NCBI GenBank assembly: GCA_963745035.1
Contig: CAVUVW010000015.1
Span: 224,001-288,000, forward strand
Direction: 5' to 3'
Length of the DNA: 64,000 bases
Origin: an uncultured delta proteobacterium
GTDB taxonomy: Bacteria > Desulfobacterota > Binatia > UBA9968
Shown: positions 33,713 to 43,153 of the stretch, one piece after another
How the letters are laid out: every line of letters starts with the position of its first letter
Numbering within the stretch: the stretch's first letter is position 1
Translations under genes and position numbers: made by a program
The notes under the pieces: model-generated
The model's input: the letters and a program-made list of their open reading frames with translations, nothing else
Told to the model about the DNA's origin: nothing
The model's database searches: none

Positions 33713-33803
33713 ATTGGAGTGATGGAGTGTTGGAGTACTGGAACGATGGGTTTCGGAGTCCGAATCCCATTACTCCATCACTCCAGCACTCCAATACTCC
33801 AAT
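33713..33803. repeat. Inverted tandem octamer array, (TGGAGTRN)n ... (NYACTCCA)n
   Basis: TTGGAGTG ATGGAGTG TTGGAGTA CTGGAACG ATGGG-TTTCGGA-G-TCCGAAT-CCCAT TACTCCAT CACTCCAG CACTCCAA TACTCCAA; a near-perfect hairpin of about 90 nt. Confidence 0.9.
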
Positions 33804-33824
33804 CTTCTATCAACCCTCCCATCG

Positions 33825-34809
33825 TCAGTTCAACCGCAACAGCGGCAGCACTTCTTCGACAAATCGCTTCACCTGCCCGAGCTGATCCTTGGCCGTAAAG
33901 CGGAGCACAGGAGTGGTGATGCCCATGTCGATCCATTCTTGGATCAAACGCGCGCAGTCCTTCGGCGGGCCGTGCGCGAGCCAGACTTTGATCAAACTTT
34001 CCGGCGGATAAGTCGGACCGTAATAATGATTGAAGTAATCCTTGGCCTGAGCATAGGCGGCATGCTTGTCGTCGTCGATATTGACCATGCCGTGAATCGC
34101 TACTTCGAAGTTGGACAGGTCCTTGCCGATCTCTTTCGCAGTCTGTTCGATGACGGTTAATCGTTTCTCCAAGCTCTTCGGCCGTCACGCCCATGGTGAT
34201 GTAGCCGTCGGCAAGCACACCGACCCGGCGCATCGCTCCATCGACCACTTTGTCGCCCACCTGTTCGCGCTCGGGACTTACGGCGATCCAGATCGGCGGC
34301 GGTTTCTGCACCGGCTTGGGCACGATGTTGTAGCCTTCGAGCGTGTAATACTTGCCGCGATGCACGACTTCGTCGTCGCTCCAGATTTGCCGCAAGAGCT
34401 GGATGCCCTCTTTCATGCGCCCGACCCGCTCTTCGCGCTTGACGCCGAATGCTCTCAGCTCGCCTTCATGCGCGCCGCCGATGCAGACGCCGAGCAACGT
34501 TCGGCCTTGGGAGACTTGATCGAGCGAAGCCCATTGAATGGCGAGCAAGACGGGGTGCCGAACGGGGAACGACGCCATGCAGATCGTGCCAAGGCGCACT
34601 TTGCGGGTGTGAGTCGCCACGGCCGCGAGCATAGTGATCGCTTCGAGGCGCGGCTTGTGGATCAAGCTGTCGCCGAACCAAACCGATTCGAACACGCCGG
34701 ACTGCTCGGCCACTTTGGCGGTTTCGATGAGCTCATCGACGTCGGTGAGACCGAACAGCGCGCCGCGATTTGGCAGGCTGATGCCCCATTTGACCGGCAA
34801 TTTTCGCAT
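33825..34809 (-). CDS. LLM class flavin-dependent oxidoreductase (+1 frameshift near 34173)
   Basis: FESVWFGDS, RHPVLLA.QWASLD.VS.GR and PKPVQKPPPIW motifs; C-terminus in ORF 33825-34172. Confidence 0.9.
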
Positions 34810-34826
34810 CGCAATTTGCCCACTGC

Positions 34827-34856
34827 ACTGTAAAGAGAACCCCTCTCGGCTGTCAA
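34827..34856 (-). promoter_or_regulatory. Sigma70-like promoter for the LLM-UbiD-Mo-hydroxylase operon
   Basis: Minus strand TTGACA-N18-TACAGT, 17 nt before the ATG. Confidence 0.5.
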
Positions 34857-34872
34857 GCAAACTGCTATTTTT

Positions 34873-34956
34873 CACCGCGGAGAATCAGAGGTCGCAGAGT
34901 TCGGAATATTCCTCAACAACACACTCTTATCTCGGCGTACTCCGCGCCTCTGCGGT
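34873..34956. repeat. CACCGCGGAG/GCAGAG ... CTCTGCGGT class inverted repeat
   Basis: CACCGCGGAG AATCAGAG GTCGCAGAG ... CTCGGCGTA CTCCGCGC CTCTGCGGT, between divergent promoters. Confidence 0.7.
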
Positions 34957-35004
34957 CAGTTCTTCATATGCCTTGGCCATCGCGAAACACCCGACGAACT
35001 CGGC

Positions 35005-35036
35005 TTGACAGGGGCGCGCGATTGCGCGCATAGAAT
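35005..35036 (+). promoter_or_regulatory. Sigma70-like promoter with a 20-bp spacer containing a dyad
   Basis: TTGACA-GGGGCGCGCGATTGCGCGCA-TAGAAT. Confidence 0.45.
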
Positions 35037-35099
35037 GACACAAGAGCAGCGCGGCGCATGGCCGCGGAGAGCGCGAAACTGAGCCGGAGGTAAGTCCAA

Positions 35100-36533
35100 A
35101 TGCCCAAAGATTTTCGTAGTTATCTGGACGAGGTGCTGGAGAAGCGTCCCAAAGATGTCGTGGTCGTCGACAAGGAAGTCGATCCGCGTTATGAAGCCAG
35201 CGCGATCGTCGAGAAATACGAGCGCAAAAACGAATTTCCCCTGGTGTTTTTCAAAAACATCAAGGGCTCGAAGATGCCCCTGGTGATGAATCTCGGGGCC
35301 ACTTACGAGCGCTTGGCTCTGTCCTTGGGCTCGCCCTCGGTGCCGCAGATGGTCAAAGATTTGGCGCACCGGGAGCACAATCCGAGGCCGGTAAAAGAAA
35401 TCCCCGCGCGAGACGCGCCGTGCAAGGAAGTGATCTTGAAGGGCGACGCCGCGGATCTGGATCTTTTACCCGTGCTCACCATCAACGAGGGCGACGCCGG
35501 CGCTTACGTCAACGCCGCGGCGATGATTTGCAAGGAGCGCGACACCGGCTCGGTCAACGTCGGGATTTACCGGCACCAGAAGCAAGGCAAAAGACAGCTC
35601 GGCCTGATGGTCAACCCGGCCAATCACGCCAACTATGTCCGCGCAGAATACGAAGATCACAACGAACCGATGGAAGTCGCGCTGGCTATCGGCCACCATC
35701 CGGCCTTGAACATGGCCGCCGTCAGCAAGCAAGCCGGCGTCGGCTCGGAGCTGGAGATCGCCGGCGCGTTCTTGGGCGAGCCGCTCGAAGTCGTCAAGGC
35801 AGAGACGGTCAATCTCATGGTTCCCGCCCGCGCCGAGATCATCATCGAAGGCATCGTGCCGCCGAACAAGCGCCATTATGAGGGGCCGTTCGGTGAATGG
35901 CCGCACTACTATTATAAGGAGGGCGAACAGCCCTACATCGAAGTGACCGCCATCACCATGCGGAAAAATCCCATCTACCAGTGCATCCACAGCGCGCATT
36001 TCGAGCACAACATCATCGGCGCCGCGCCGCGGCTGGGCAGCCTGCTCAAACGCATCCAGGAAGTCGTGCCCAGCACCACCGGTGTCAACATGCCGATCTC
36101 CGGCGCCGCCCGCTCGCACTGTTACATCTCGGTCAAGAAGCGTGCAGAAGGCGATCCCAAGCAGGCCGCATTAGCAGCGCTCGTCACGGACCCAAACATC
36201 AAGCATGTCATCGTCGTCGACGACGACGTCGATGTGTTCAATGAAACTCAAGTGCTTTGGGCGCTGGCGATGCGGTTCCAGGCCGATCGGGATTTGGTGA
36301 TCATTCCCAATATCATCGGCTCGCATTTGAATCCCACGGCCTACGGTTTCAACCGCATGGAAAAGGGGCCCATGGAAACCAAATTGATCTTCGACGCGAC
36401 CAAGCCGCTGCCGCCCTATCATTTTCCCAAGGAAGCGCAGGCGCCCGACGAGGTGCTCAACAGAATCGATCTCGCGCGCGACACCCGGCCCTACGAGCCG
36501 GGGAAAGATGACAAGGCGATCACGGGCCAATGA
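35100..36533 (+). CDS. UbiD family (prFMN-dependent) decarboxylase
   Basis: NVGIYRH, EGPFGEW, VVDDDVDVF, WALAMRFQ and IFDAT motifs. Confidence 0.92.
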   Translation: MPKDFRSYLDEVLEKRPKDVVVVDKEVDPRYEASAIVEKYERKNEFPLVFFKNIKGSKMPLVMNLGATYERLALSLGSPSVPQMVKDLAHREHNPRPVKEIPARDAPCKEVILKGDAADLDLLPVLTINEGDAGAYVNAAAMICKERDTGSVNVGIYRHQKQGKRQLGLMVNPANHANYVRAEYEDHNEPMEVALAIGHHPALNMAAVSKQAGVGSELEIAGAFLGEPLEVVKAETVNLMVPARAEIIIEGIVPPNKRHYEGPFGEWPHYYYKEGEQPYIEVTAITMRKNPIYQCIHSAHFEHNIIGAAPRLGSLLKRIQEVVPSTTGVNMPISGAARSHCYISVKKRAEGDPKQAALAALVTDPNIKHVIVVDDDVDVFNETQVLWALAMRFQADRDLVIIPNIIGSHLNPTAYGFNRMEKGPMETKLIFDATKPLPPYHFPKEAQAPDEVLNRIDLARDTRPYEPGKDDKAITGQ

Positions 36534-36540
36534 AAACAAG

Positions 36541-36648
36541 GTTCAAAAAGTTCAAGCCGTTCAAATCGTTCAAGCCGTCCGAGAACCGCCCGGAGGTCTA
36601 AACGTCTTGAACGGATTGAGCGTTTTGAACGACTTGAACACGTTGAGC
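36541..36648. repeat. Inverted tandem nonamer array, (GTTCAANNN)x4 ... (TTGAACNNN)x5
   Basis: GTTCAAAAA GTTCAAGCC GTTCAAATC GTTCAAGCC ... TTGAACGGA TTGAGCGTT TTGAACGAC TTGAACACG TTGAGC. Confidence 0.88.
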
Positions 36649-37437
36649 CAAAATCCCTTGGTCGAGATCTGCGGCGTCTCAAAGAGTTTTCACAAAACCG
36701 TCAAAGAACAGACAACGGAGGTCAAGGCATTGGCGGATGTGAGTCTCTCCATCCGCGAGAATGAGTTTATCAGTATCATCGGCCCGAGCGGCTGCGGCAA
36801 AACCACTCTGCTCAAAATGATCGACGGCTTGATCCCGTACGATAGCGGGAAAATTCTCATAGACGGTAAGCAGGTCACCGCGCCGGGCCCCGACCGCGCG
36901 GTCGTATTCCAAGCTTTCGCTTTGTTGCCATGGCGCACGGTGCTCACCAACGTAGAGTTCAGCCTCGAACTGCGCCAAATACCCAAGGAGGAGCGCGCGA
37001 AGACCGCGCGCGATTACTTGAAGCGAGTCGGTCTCGCCGACTTCGAGAATCACTATCCTCACGAGCTTTCCGGCGGCATGCAGCAACGCGCCGGGCTCGC
37101 GCGCGCCCTGGCGGTCAATCCGTCAATCCTGCTGATGGACGAACCCTTCGGCGCCGTCGACGCGCAAACCCGCCAACTTTTGCAGGAAGAGCTTCTGGAG
37201 TTGTGGCAGCGCGAGCGCAAGACGGTGATCTTCATCACGCACAGCATGGATGAAGCGGTCTATCTTTCCGATCGTGTCGTCGTGATGACGCCTCGGCCCG
37301 GAAAAGTGGCGGAAATTCTCGACGTGCCCCTGGCGCGTCCGCGCGTGTCCGAAGAGGTGCGCCGCGACAGCAAATTCGTCGACTTGACGAACTACATTTG
37401 GGAGAGCCTCAAGAAGGCGATGGAGAACCATCATTGA
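36643..37437 (+). CDS. NitT/TauT family ABC transporter ATP-binding protein (start uncertain)
   Basis: GPSGCGKT, LSGGMQQR, LLMDEPFGAVDA and ITHS motifs. Confidence 0.92.
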   Translation: MSQNPLVEICGVSKSFHKTVKEQTTEVKALADVSLSIRENEFISIIGPSGCGKTTLLKMIDGLIPYDSGKILIDGKQVTAPGPDRAVVFQAFALLPWRTVLTNVEFSLELRQIPKEERAKTARDYLKRVGLADFENHYPHELSGGMQQRAGLARALAVNPSILLMDEPFGAVDAQTRQLLQEELLELWQRERKTVIFITHSMDEAVYLSDRVVVMTPRPGKVAEILDVPLARPRVSEEVRRDSKFVDLTNYIWESLKKAMENHH

Positions 37438-38189
37438 ATAGTCGCGTCAGCGCGAACTTTCTTTCCTTCCTGTCTCTGGCGATCCTATGGGAAGTCGTGG
37501 GGCGTGCAATGGATTCGACCTTGATTCCGCCATTGTCGCAGATCGGCGCGGCATGGTGGAAGCTCCTCAGCAGCGGCAAACTGCTCTCCAACCTGAGCAT
37601 GAGCCTCATCACCTTGGCCATCGGATTTTGCCTGGCAGTAGTCGTCGGTGTCGTTCTCGGACTTCTCATGGGACGCTTTCGCGCCGTCGAGCATTTTCTG
37701 GACATCTACGTCAACGCGCTGATGTCCGCGCCGAGCACCGCGTTCGTGCCCGTGCTTATCCTGTGGTTCGGTCTCGGAGTGGAATCGCGCATCGCGGTGG
37801 TGTTTCTCTTCGCGGTGTTCGTCATCATCATCAACACCATGACCGGGGTTAAACAGGTCGACAATGTGCTCGTTGAGATGGCGCGCTCCTTCGGCGCGAG
37901 AGAAAAAGAGATCTTTTTCATGATCATCGTCCCCGCTGCCTTGCCGGCAATCATGGCCGGCCTGCGGCTTGGCATCGGCCGCGCGGTCAAAGGCATGGTT
38001 ACTGCGGAAATGTTGCTTACCCTCACCGGCATCGGCGCCATGATCATGCAGTACGGCTCGGCCTTCGCGACCGATTCGCTCTTCGCCGTGATCCTTACCA
38101 TTCTATTGATAGCATTATTGACCATGAAGGCGGTGCAATGGCTCGACCGCCGGTTGACCGGATGGAAGGCCGAGATCGCGATCGAATAA
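37434..38189 (+). CDS. NitT/TauT family ABC permease
   Basis: TM helices and EAA loop EMARSFGA; TTGA overlap with the ATPase gene. Confidence 0.9.
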   Translation: MNSRVSANFLSFLSLAILWEVVGRAMDSTLIPPLSQIGAAWWKLLSSGKLLSNLSMSLITLAIGFCLAVVVGVVLGLLMGRFRAVEHFLDIYVNALMSAPSTAFVPVLILWFGLGVESRIAVVFLFAVFVIIINTMTGVKQVDNVLVEMARSFGAREKEIFFMIIVPAALPAIMAGLRLGIGRAVKGMVTAEMLLTLTGIGAMIMQYGSAFATDSLFAVILTILLIALLTMKAVQWLDRRLTGWKAEIAIE

Positions 38190-38223
38190 GCATAAAAGAA
38201 ATTTGAAACCGGAGGACGTACCC

Positions 38224-39207
38224 ATGACTAATTATCTTGCGAGATTATCGATGGTGCTTTTAGCCGTCGCCGTTGGTTTCACCTGGGGTGCCGAAGCACA
38301 AGCGCAAAAGAAGGTGCGATTCGCCTACCCGTCGTCGGCGGACATGGGCGACATTCCCTCGCTGCTCGCCTGGGAGCAGCTCAAAAAGCAGGGCATCGAA
38401 GTCGTGCCGACATTCTTTCCCAAGACCGATCTTGCCGTCCAAGCTGTCGTTGCCGGGGAAGCTGACATCGGCTCCGCCGCCGGCATTGCCGTTATCAAGG
38501 CCGTCGAAAGCGGCATGAATATTCGCATTATCGGCGAGCAGGTGCGCAATGAATGGCAGCTCGTCACGCCGGTATCGCTCAAAGAGCCCAAACAACTCGA
38601 CGGCAAGCGGATCGGTTATCACGCGCCGATCACGGTGACCGAGGCTCTCGTGAAATGGATGGCGCAGCACTATAAAATCACGCCCAACTGGATGATTGTG
38701 CCGGGCTCGGACGTGCGCGCCGAAGCGTTGATGCGCGGTCAACTCGACGCGACGCCGGCTGAGATCGGCGATGTGCTCAATATTCTCAGCACCAAGCCCG
38801 GCCAGTTTCACGTCATGATCTCTTACGCCAAGACTTTTCCACAGCTCATCGGCTCGATGTATTTCGCGCGCGCCGACTACGTGCAAAAGAACGGCGCGGT
38901 CGTCGAGAGTGTGCTCGAAGCGATCCTCAGAGCGCACCGGAGCGCCGAAGAGCGACCGGCCTCAGTCAAAGAAAATGCTTTGAGGCTGCTGCCCGAAACC
39001 AAGCCGGAGCTGGTCGACGCCATCGCCGGAACTTACAAAGAACTCCGCATCTGGGACATCAACGGCGGCGCCGGCAAGGAGCGCGGCGACGCGAGCATCA
39101 AATTCTTCGAAGAATCGGGCCTGCTCAAGAAAGGCGCCGTAAGCTTCAACCAGTCCTTTGAAACCGGTCCGTTGGACAAAGTGCTGAAAAAGATCGGCCG
39201 CAAGTAA
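38224..39207 (+). CDS. NMT1/TauA-like ABC substrate-binding protein
   Basis: Signal peptide; AVQAVVAGEAD, LDGKRIG and ALMRGQLDA motifs. Confidence 0.88.
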   Translation: MTNYLARLSMVLLAVAVGFTWGAEAQAQKKVRFAYPSSADMGDIPSLLAWEQLKKQGIEVVPTFFPKTDLAVQAVVAGEADIGSAAGIAVIKAVESGMNIRIIGEQVRNEWQLVTPVSLKEPKQLDGKRIGYHAPITVTEALVKWMAQHYKITPNWMIVPGSDVRAEALMRGQLDATPAEIGDVLNILSTKPGQFHVMISYAKTFPQLIGSMYFARADYVQKNGAVVESVLEAILRAHRSAEERPASVKENALRLLPETKPELVDAIAGTYKELRIWDINGGAGKERGDASIKFFEESGLLKKGAVSFNQSFETGPLDKVLKKIGRK

Positions 39208-39211
39208 AAGC

Positions 39212-39961
39212 ATGAAGGCGAGCACCATCAGAATCATTTCGCTCTGCACGCTCGCCGCGATTTGGGAGATTGCCGGGCGGACGGGTAATGCGCACCTGCT
39301 TCCGCCGCTTTCCAAAGTCGTTACCGTCTGGGTCGAGCTGCTCGTCTCCGGGCAGCTCCTCCAGGCGATCGCCATCAGCTTTCAAGCTCTCGTCATTGGC
39401 TTTTTTGTCTCGGTGCTGGTCGGCGTGCCGCTCGGGCTAATGATGGGCCGCTACCGCAGGCTTGAGTCGTTTCTGGAAATTTACATGACGGCGCTGCTCG
39501 CGGTGCCGATGATTTCGTTCATTCCATTCCTGGTGATCGCCTTCGGTCTCGGCCTCCATTCCCGGGTTTGGATCGTATTTCTTTTTGCCTTCGTCATTAT
39601 CGTCATCAACACGACAGCGGGTGTGCGCAACGTGGATCCGACCCTGACCGAGATGGCTCGTTCTTTCGGTGCGCGCGAGAGCGAACTCTTTTTGAAAGTC
39701 ATTCTGCCCGCCGCCATGCCGATGATCATGGCCGGCATTCGCCTCGGCATGGGCCGCGCGGTGCTCGGCATGGTGACAGGCGAAATGATACTCGCCGCCG
39801 TCGGTTTCGGCGCCCTGCTGATGACGTTCAGCGCCTCTTTCAATTCCAGCGCGCTCTTCGCGACCATCCTCACGATCGTTTTACTCGCCGTCGCCTTGCT
39901 CGCGTTGATTCAATACTTCGATCGACGGCTGATGCCGTGGCGCGCCGCGTCGAGCCAATAA
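39212..39961 (+). CDS. NitT/TauT family ABC permease (second paralog)
   Basis: EMARSFGA EAA loop; similar to 37434-38189. Confidence 0.9.
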   Translation: MKASTIRIISLCTLAAIWEIAGRTGNAHLLPPLSKVVTVWVELLVSGQLLQAIAISFQALVIGFFVSVLVGVPLGLMMGRYRRLESFLEIYMTALLAVPMISFIPFLVIAFGLGLHSRVWIVFLFAFVIIVINTTAGVRNVDPTLTEMARSFGARESELFLKVILPAAMPMIMAGIRLGMGRAVLGMVTGEMILAAVGFGALLMTFSASFNSSALFATILTIVLLAVALLALIQYFDRRLMPWRAASSQ

Positions 39962-40090
39962 CTCGAGCTTTCGGCGCCGTCGTTTGCATCACGTTCACAG
40001 CGCGAGCATTGCGGATTGTCCCACAGGTAAAAGCATGTGATATTTGGCCGCCGAGTCCATTACCACGTGAACAAAATCGGAGGAGCACCG

Positions 40091-41094
40091 ATGAGATCGC
40101 GAATCATGCGACGCTTCGTCGCGCTGGCATGTCTTTGGTTGCTGGCAACAACAATTTCACCAGCCAAGGGCGAGGCGCAAGAAAAGCTCCGCGTCGCCTA
40201 CACGGTGATCGCCCCGACCCAGGCGACCTTGTGGACCGCCAAAGAGCTCGGCTTGTTCGCGAAGCATGGGCTGGATGTCGACCTCGTGCTTTTGGTCGGC
40301 GCGCCGCTCGCGGTTACCGCGCTGGTTTCCGGAGAAACTCCCATCGTGCACGCCGGCGCCTCCGCCGTGGTCACCAGCAACCTCCAGGGATCCGGCGCCG
40401 TGCTGGTGGCCGGCGGCGCCAACCGCTTCCCTTACGTGCTTTTCGTCACCGACGACATCAAGCGAGTGGAAGACTTGCGAGGCAAGAAATTCGGCGTGAG
40501 CCGCATCGGCAGCGCCGACAACGCTGCAGCAATCACGGTCCTCAACGGACTCGGCATCAAGGAAACTGAAATAACCTACGTGCAAGCCGGCTCGATTCCC
40601 GCGCGCCTAGCGGCGATGCAAACCAACGCGCTACAGGCGACACTCCTGCAGGCGCCGGAAACTCTCAAAGCCAAAGAGATCGGCATGCGCGCGCTGCTTG
40701 GATTTCACCAAGCTCGATGTCGAATGGCAGCAAAACGGCGTGGCCACTACGCGGGATTACATCAAGAAAAGACCTGACACCGTGCGCCGTTTTATCAGGG
40801 CGTACGTCGAGGGCAGCCACTACAATCTGACGAATCCCAAGGGCGCGCAAAAGGTCTTGCAAAAATATCTCGCGATCAAAGACGACAAATCCGTCCAGGA
40901 ATCCTATAACGAGATCGTCGCCAAGCTGACCCTCAAAGTTCCCTATCCTACCGAGCGCGGCATCCAGCTCTATCTCGACCAGTTGAAGATCAAGAACCCG
41001 AAAGCCGCTCAGGCCAAACCTTCCGACTTCACCGACGTCAGTTTTTTAAAGGAATTGGAGTCGAGCGGGTTTATCGACAAAATTGTACAAATAA
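40091..41094 (+). CDS. NMT1/TauA-like ABC substrate-binding protein (+1 frameshifts near 40700 and 41081)
   Basis: GLFAKHGLDV and DLRGKKFGVSRIGS; the second half ends DVSFLKELESSGFIDK(LYK-stop after removing one A). Confidence 0.85.
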
Positions 41095-41100
41095 AAACAC

Positions 41101-41211
41101 GTTCACAACGTTCAAGCCGTTCAACGCTGCGCTCGAGTTCACAGGCTCCGGTCTTCTTCCGCGACGCGCGGATGAACGGCTTGAACGCTTGAACTTTTGA
41201 ACGATTTGAAC
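41101..41211. repeat. Inverted GTTCAA/TTGAAC array between convergent genes
   Basis: GTTCACAAC GTTCAAGCC GTTCAAC ... TGAACGGC TTGAACGC TTGAACTT TTGAACGAT TTGAAC. Confidence 0.8.
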
Positions 41212-41214
41212 ACG

Positions 41215-41850
41215 TTAGTTTTTATAAATCACTATTCTGAGATCTTTCCCCCGCCCGCCCTCCGGACACGCGCTGATGCCGACCAGGCAATCCATTTCGC
41301 AGCGCAGATCCATCATGTCGCCGCCGGGGCGAGGCCGGGTCATCGAATAGCGCATGCTGCCGGTCTTGGCGTTGATCACCATGGTTTGAAAAATGTTGAG
41401 CGGGCTCGGCACGTCTTCCTTGGCAACTCCGTGCGGCTTCAGCGCCTTGGCGAGGTTTTCCCAGCAGCCGTGCTTCGGCGCAACGACTTTTTTTCTGCCC
41501 AATCTTTTCCAAACGCCGCCGTATATCTTGAAAATCTCATCGCCCCACTTCTTGTAAAAAGACGTGCTGCACATGCCCTTCTCCATGTCGTGGGTGCCGC
41601 GATAGGTGTCTTTCACGATCGTCTGCATGACGTTGTTGTACTTGGAAATCAGCACGTCGCCCGTGGTGACATAAATTTTCCCCTGATCGACTTTGGTGCG
41701 CGCCTGGTCGAAGCGCTCTTTGACGTTATGCAGATTGAAGACGACATAGTCGGCCGTGGACTCGCCGATGACCCGAATGATCTGCCCTTTCTTGACCTCA
41801 AAAGTCTTGCCGCTGTTGCTCTTGACGATGGTCTCGCTGAGAATCTTCAT
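41215..41850 (-). CDS. DUF1989 / urea carboxylase-associated family protein
   Basis: VKKGQIIRV, HDM..GMCS, HGCWENL, PLNIF and ISACP (Zn-binding Cys set). Confidence 0.85.
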   Translation of the reverse strand: MKILSETIVKSNSGKTFEVKKGQIIRVIGESTADYVVFNLHNVKERFDQARTKVDQGKIYVTTGDVLISKYNNVMQTIVKDTYRGTHDMEKGMCSTSFYKKWGDEIFKIYGGVWKRLGRKKVVAPKHGCWENLAKALKPHGVAKEDVPSPLNIFQTMVINAKTGSMRYSMTRPRPGGDMMDLRCEMDCLVGISACPEGGRGKDLRIVIYKN

Positions 41851-41989
41851 CGCTTCCTCCGAGTGAAATAACCGCCAAGTTATCCATCGAGCGGAGCGAA
41901 TGCAAGAATTCTCGTCATTTTCCGCCGCAGATTGATTCCGAGTGAGCCGGCACGTATAAGCATGGATGTAAAACATCGAGGAGTTCGAA

Positions 41990-43141
41990 ATGTTGAATGG
42001 TTTTAGAGTCTACGACGCCGATGCCCATGCGATCATGAGTCCCGCCATGTGGCAGGACTTGCCGGAGGATTTTATCCGTCGCCGTCCGCGCGCCGTGCGC
42101 ATCATCGACGACAAAGACTTGGGGCGCTGGAACACCGGCTGGCTCATCGAAGGGCGGATGGAGCCCCACGTTTTCGGCCCGGGATCCCACGCCGCCAACA
42201 CGCCCGGCATTGTCATGGATGAACTGGGAACCCGGTCGAATGTCGACAAGGCCCACGGCGCAATCCCCATCGGTTGCCTCGATCTTTCCAATCCGCCCGA
42301 GCGTCTTGCGACTCTCGACAAGCTCGGCATCGACGTGCAGTTTTTGATGCCGAGCACGCTTTACGCCAACATCACCGAAGAGCCCTCCTACGAAGCCGCG
42401 CTCTACCGCACTTACAATCGGTACATGGGACGGCAATGCCGCGCATATTCCGAACGGCTCAAGTGGGCCGGCCTTCTGCCCATGCGCGATGCGCGCCAGG
42501 CCTGCGAGGCGATCGAGGAAATGCAAAAGCTCGGCGCCGCCGCGGCGGTGGTCTACGGCACGGTCGGCAACCGCATGCTCAGCCATTCGAGCTTTGCGCC
42601 GGTTTGGGACGAGTTCGCGCGCTCCGGCTTGCCGCTCTGCGTCCATATGGGGTCGAGTTACGCTCCCTTGAGCGAGCTATGCGAGAACATTCTGGACTCG
42701 AACATGATCAGCAAAGCTCTGCCGGCCAATTTGGCCTTCGTCGCGATCGTCGCTCACGGCATGCTCGACCGATATCCGAATTTAAAAGTCGGCTTTCTCG
42801 AGTTCGGCGCCGAATGGATTTTCTATATGGCCGGCAGGTTGAAGCATTACGCCGTGCTGAATAAGCGGCGCATGCCGTCGAGCAAAGGGCTGCTGGCGCG
42901 CGACGTGGACGATTATTTCAAGTCCGGCCATATCTTTGTCGCGGCGGAAGCCGACGACGCCATGATGGCGCAGGAGATGGAACTGCTGGGCGAGGATCAA
43001 ATTCTTTTTTCCTCGGATTTTCCCCACGACGAAGGGCGCGGCGACGCAATGAAAGAGATTCTCGAGCGCCACGATCTTTCGGAGGTCCAGAAGCGTAAAG
43101 TTCTTTGCGACAACACCTTGCGTTTTTTTGGCGCCGCATAA
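41990..43141 (+). CDS. Amidohydrolase_2 family protein (decarboxylase/hydratase-like)
   Basis: DADAH, LCVH, FLEFGAEW and FSSDFPH motifs. Confidence 0.9.
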   Translation: MLNGFRVYDADAHAIMSPAMWQDLPEDFIRRRPRAVRIIDDKDLGRWNTGWLIEGRMEPHVFGPGSHAANTPGIVMDELGTRSNVDKAHGAIPIGCLDLSNPPERLATLDKLGIDVQFLMPSTLYANITEEPSYEAALYRTYNRYMGRQCRAYSERLKWAGLLPMRDARQACEAIEEMQKLGAAAAVVYGTVGNRMLSHSSFAPVWDEFARSGLPLCVHMGSSYAPLSELCENILDSNMISKALPANLAFVAIVAHGMLDRYPNLKVGFLEFGAEWIFYMAGRLKHYAVLNKRRMPSSKGLLARDVDDYFKSGHIFVAAEADDAMMAQEMELLGEDQILFSSDFPHDEGRGDAMKEILERHDLSEVQKRKVLCDNTLRFFGAA

Positions 43142-43153
43142 AGGAAGTCTCCC

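Noticed and set aside
33713-33803. Tandem arrays as possible CRISPR arrays
   Set aside because: Units are 7-9 nt with no unique spacers and are arranged as inverted arms; there are no cas genes.
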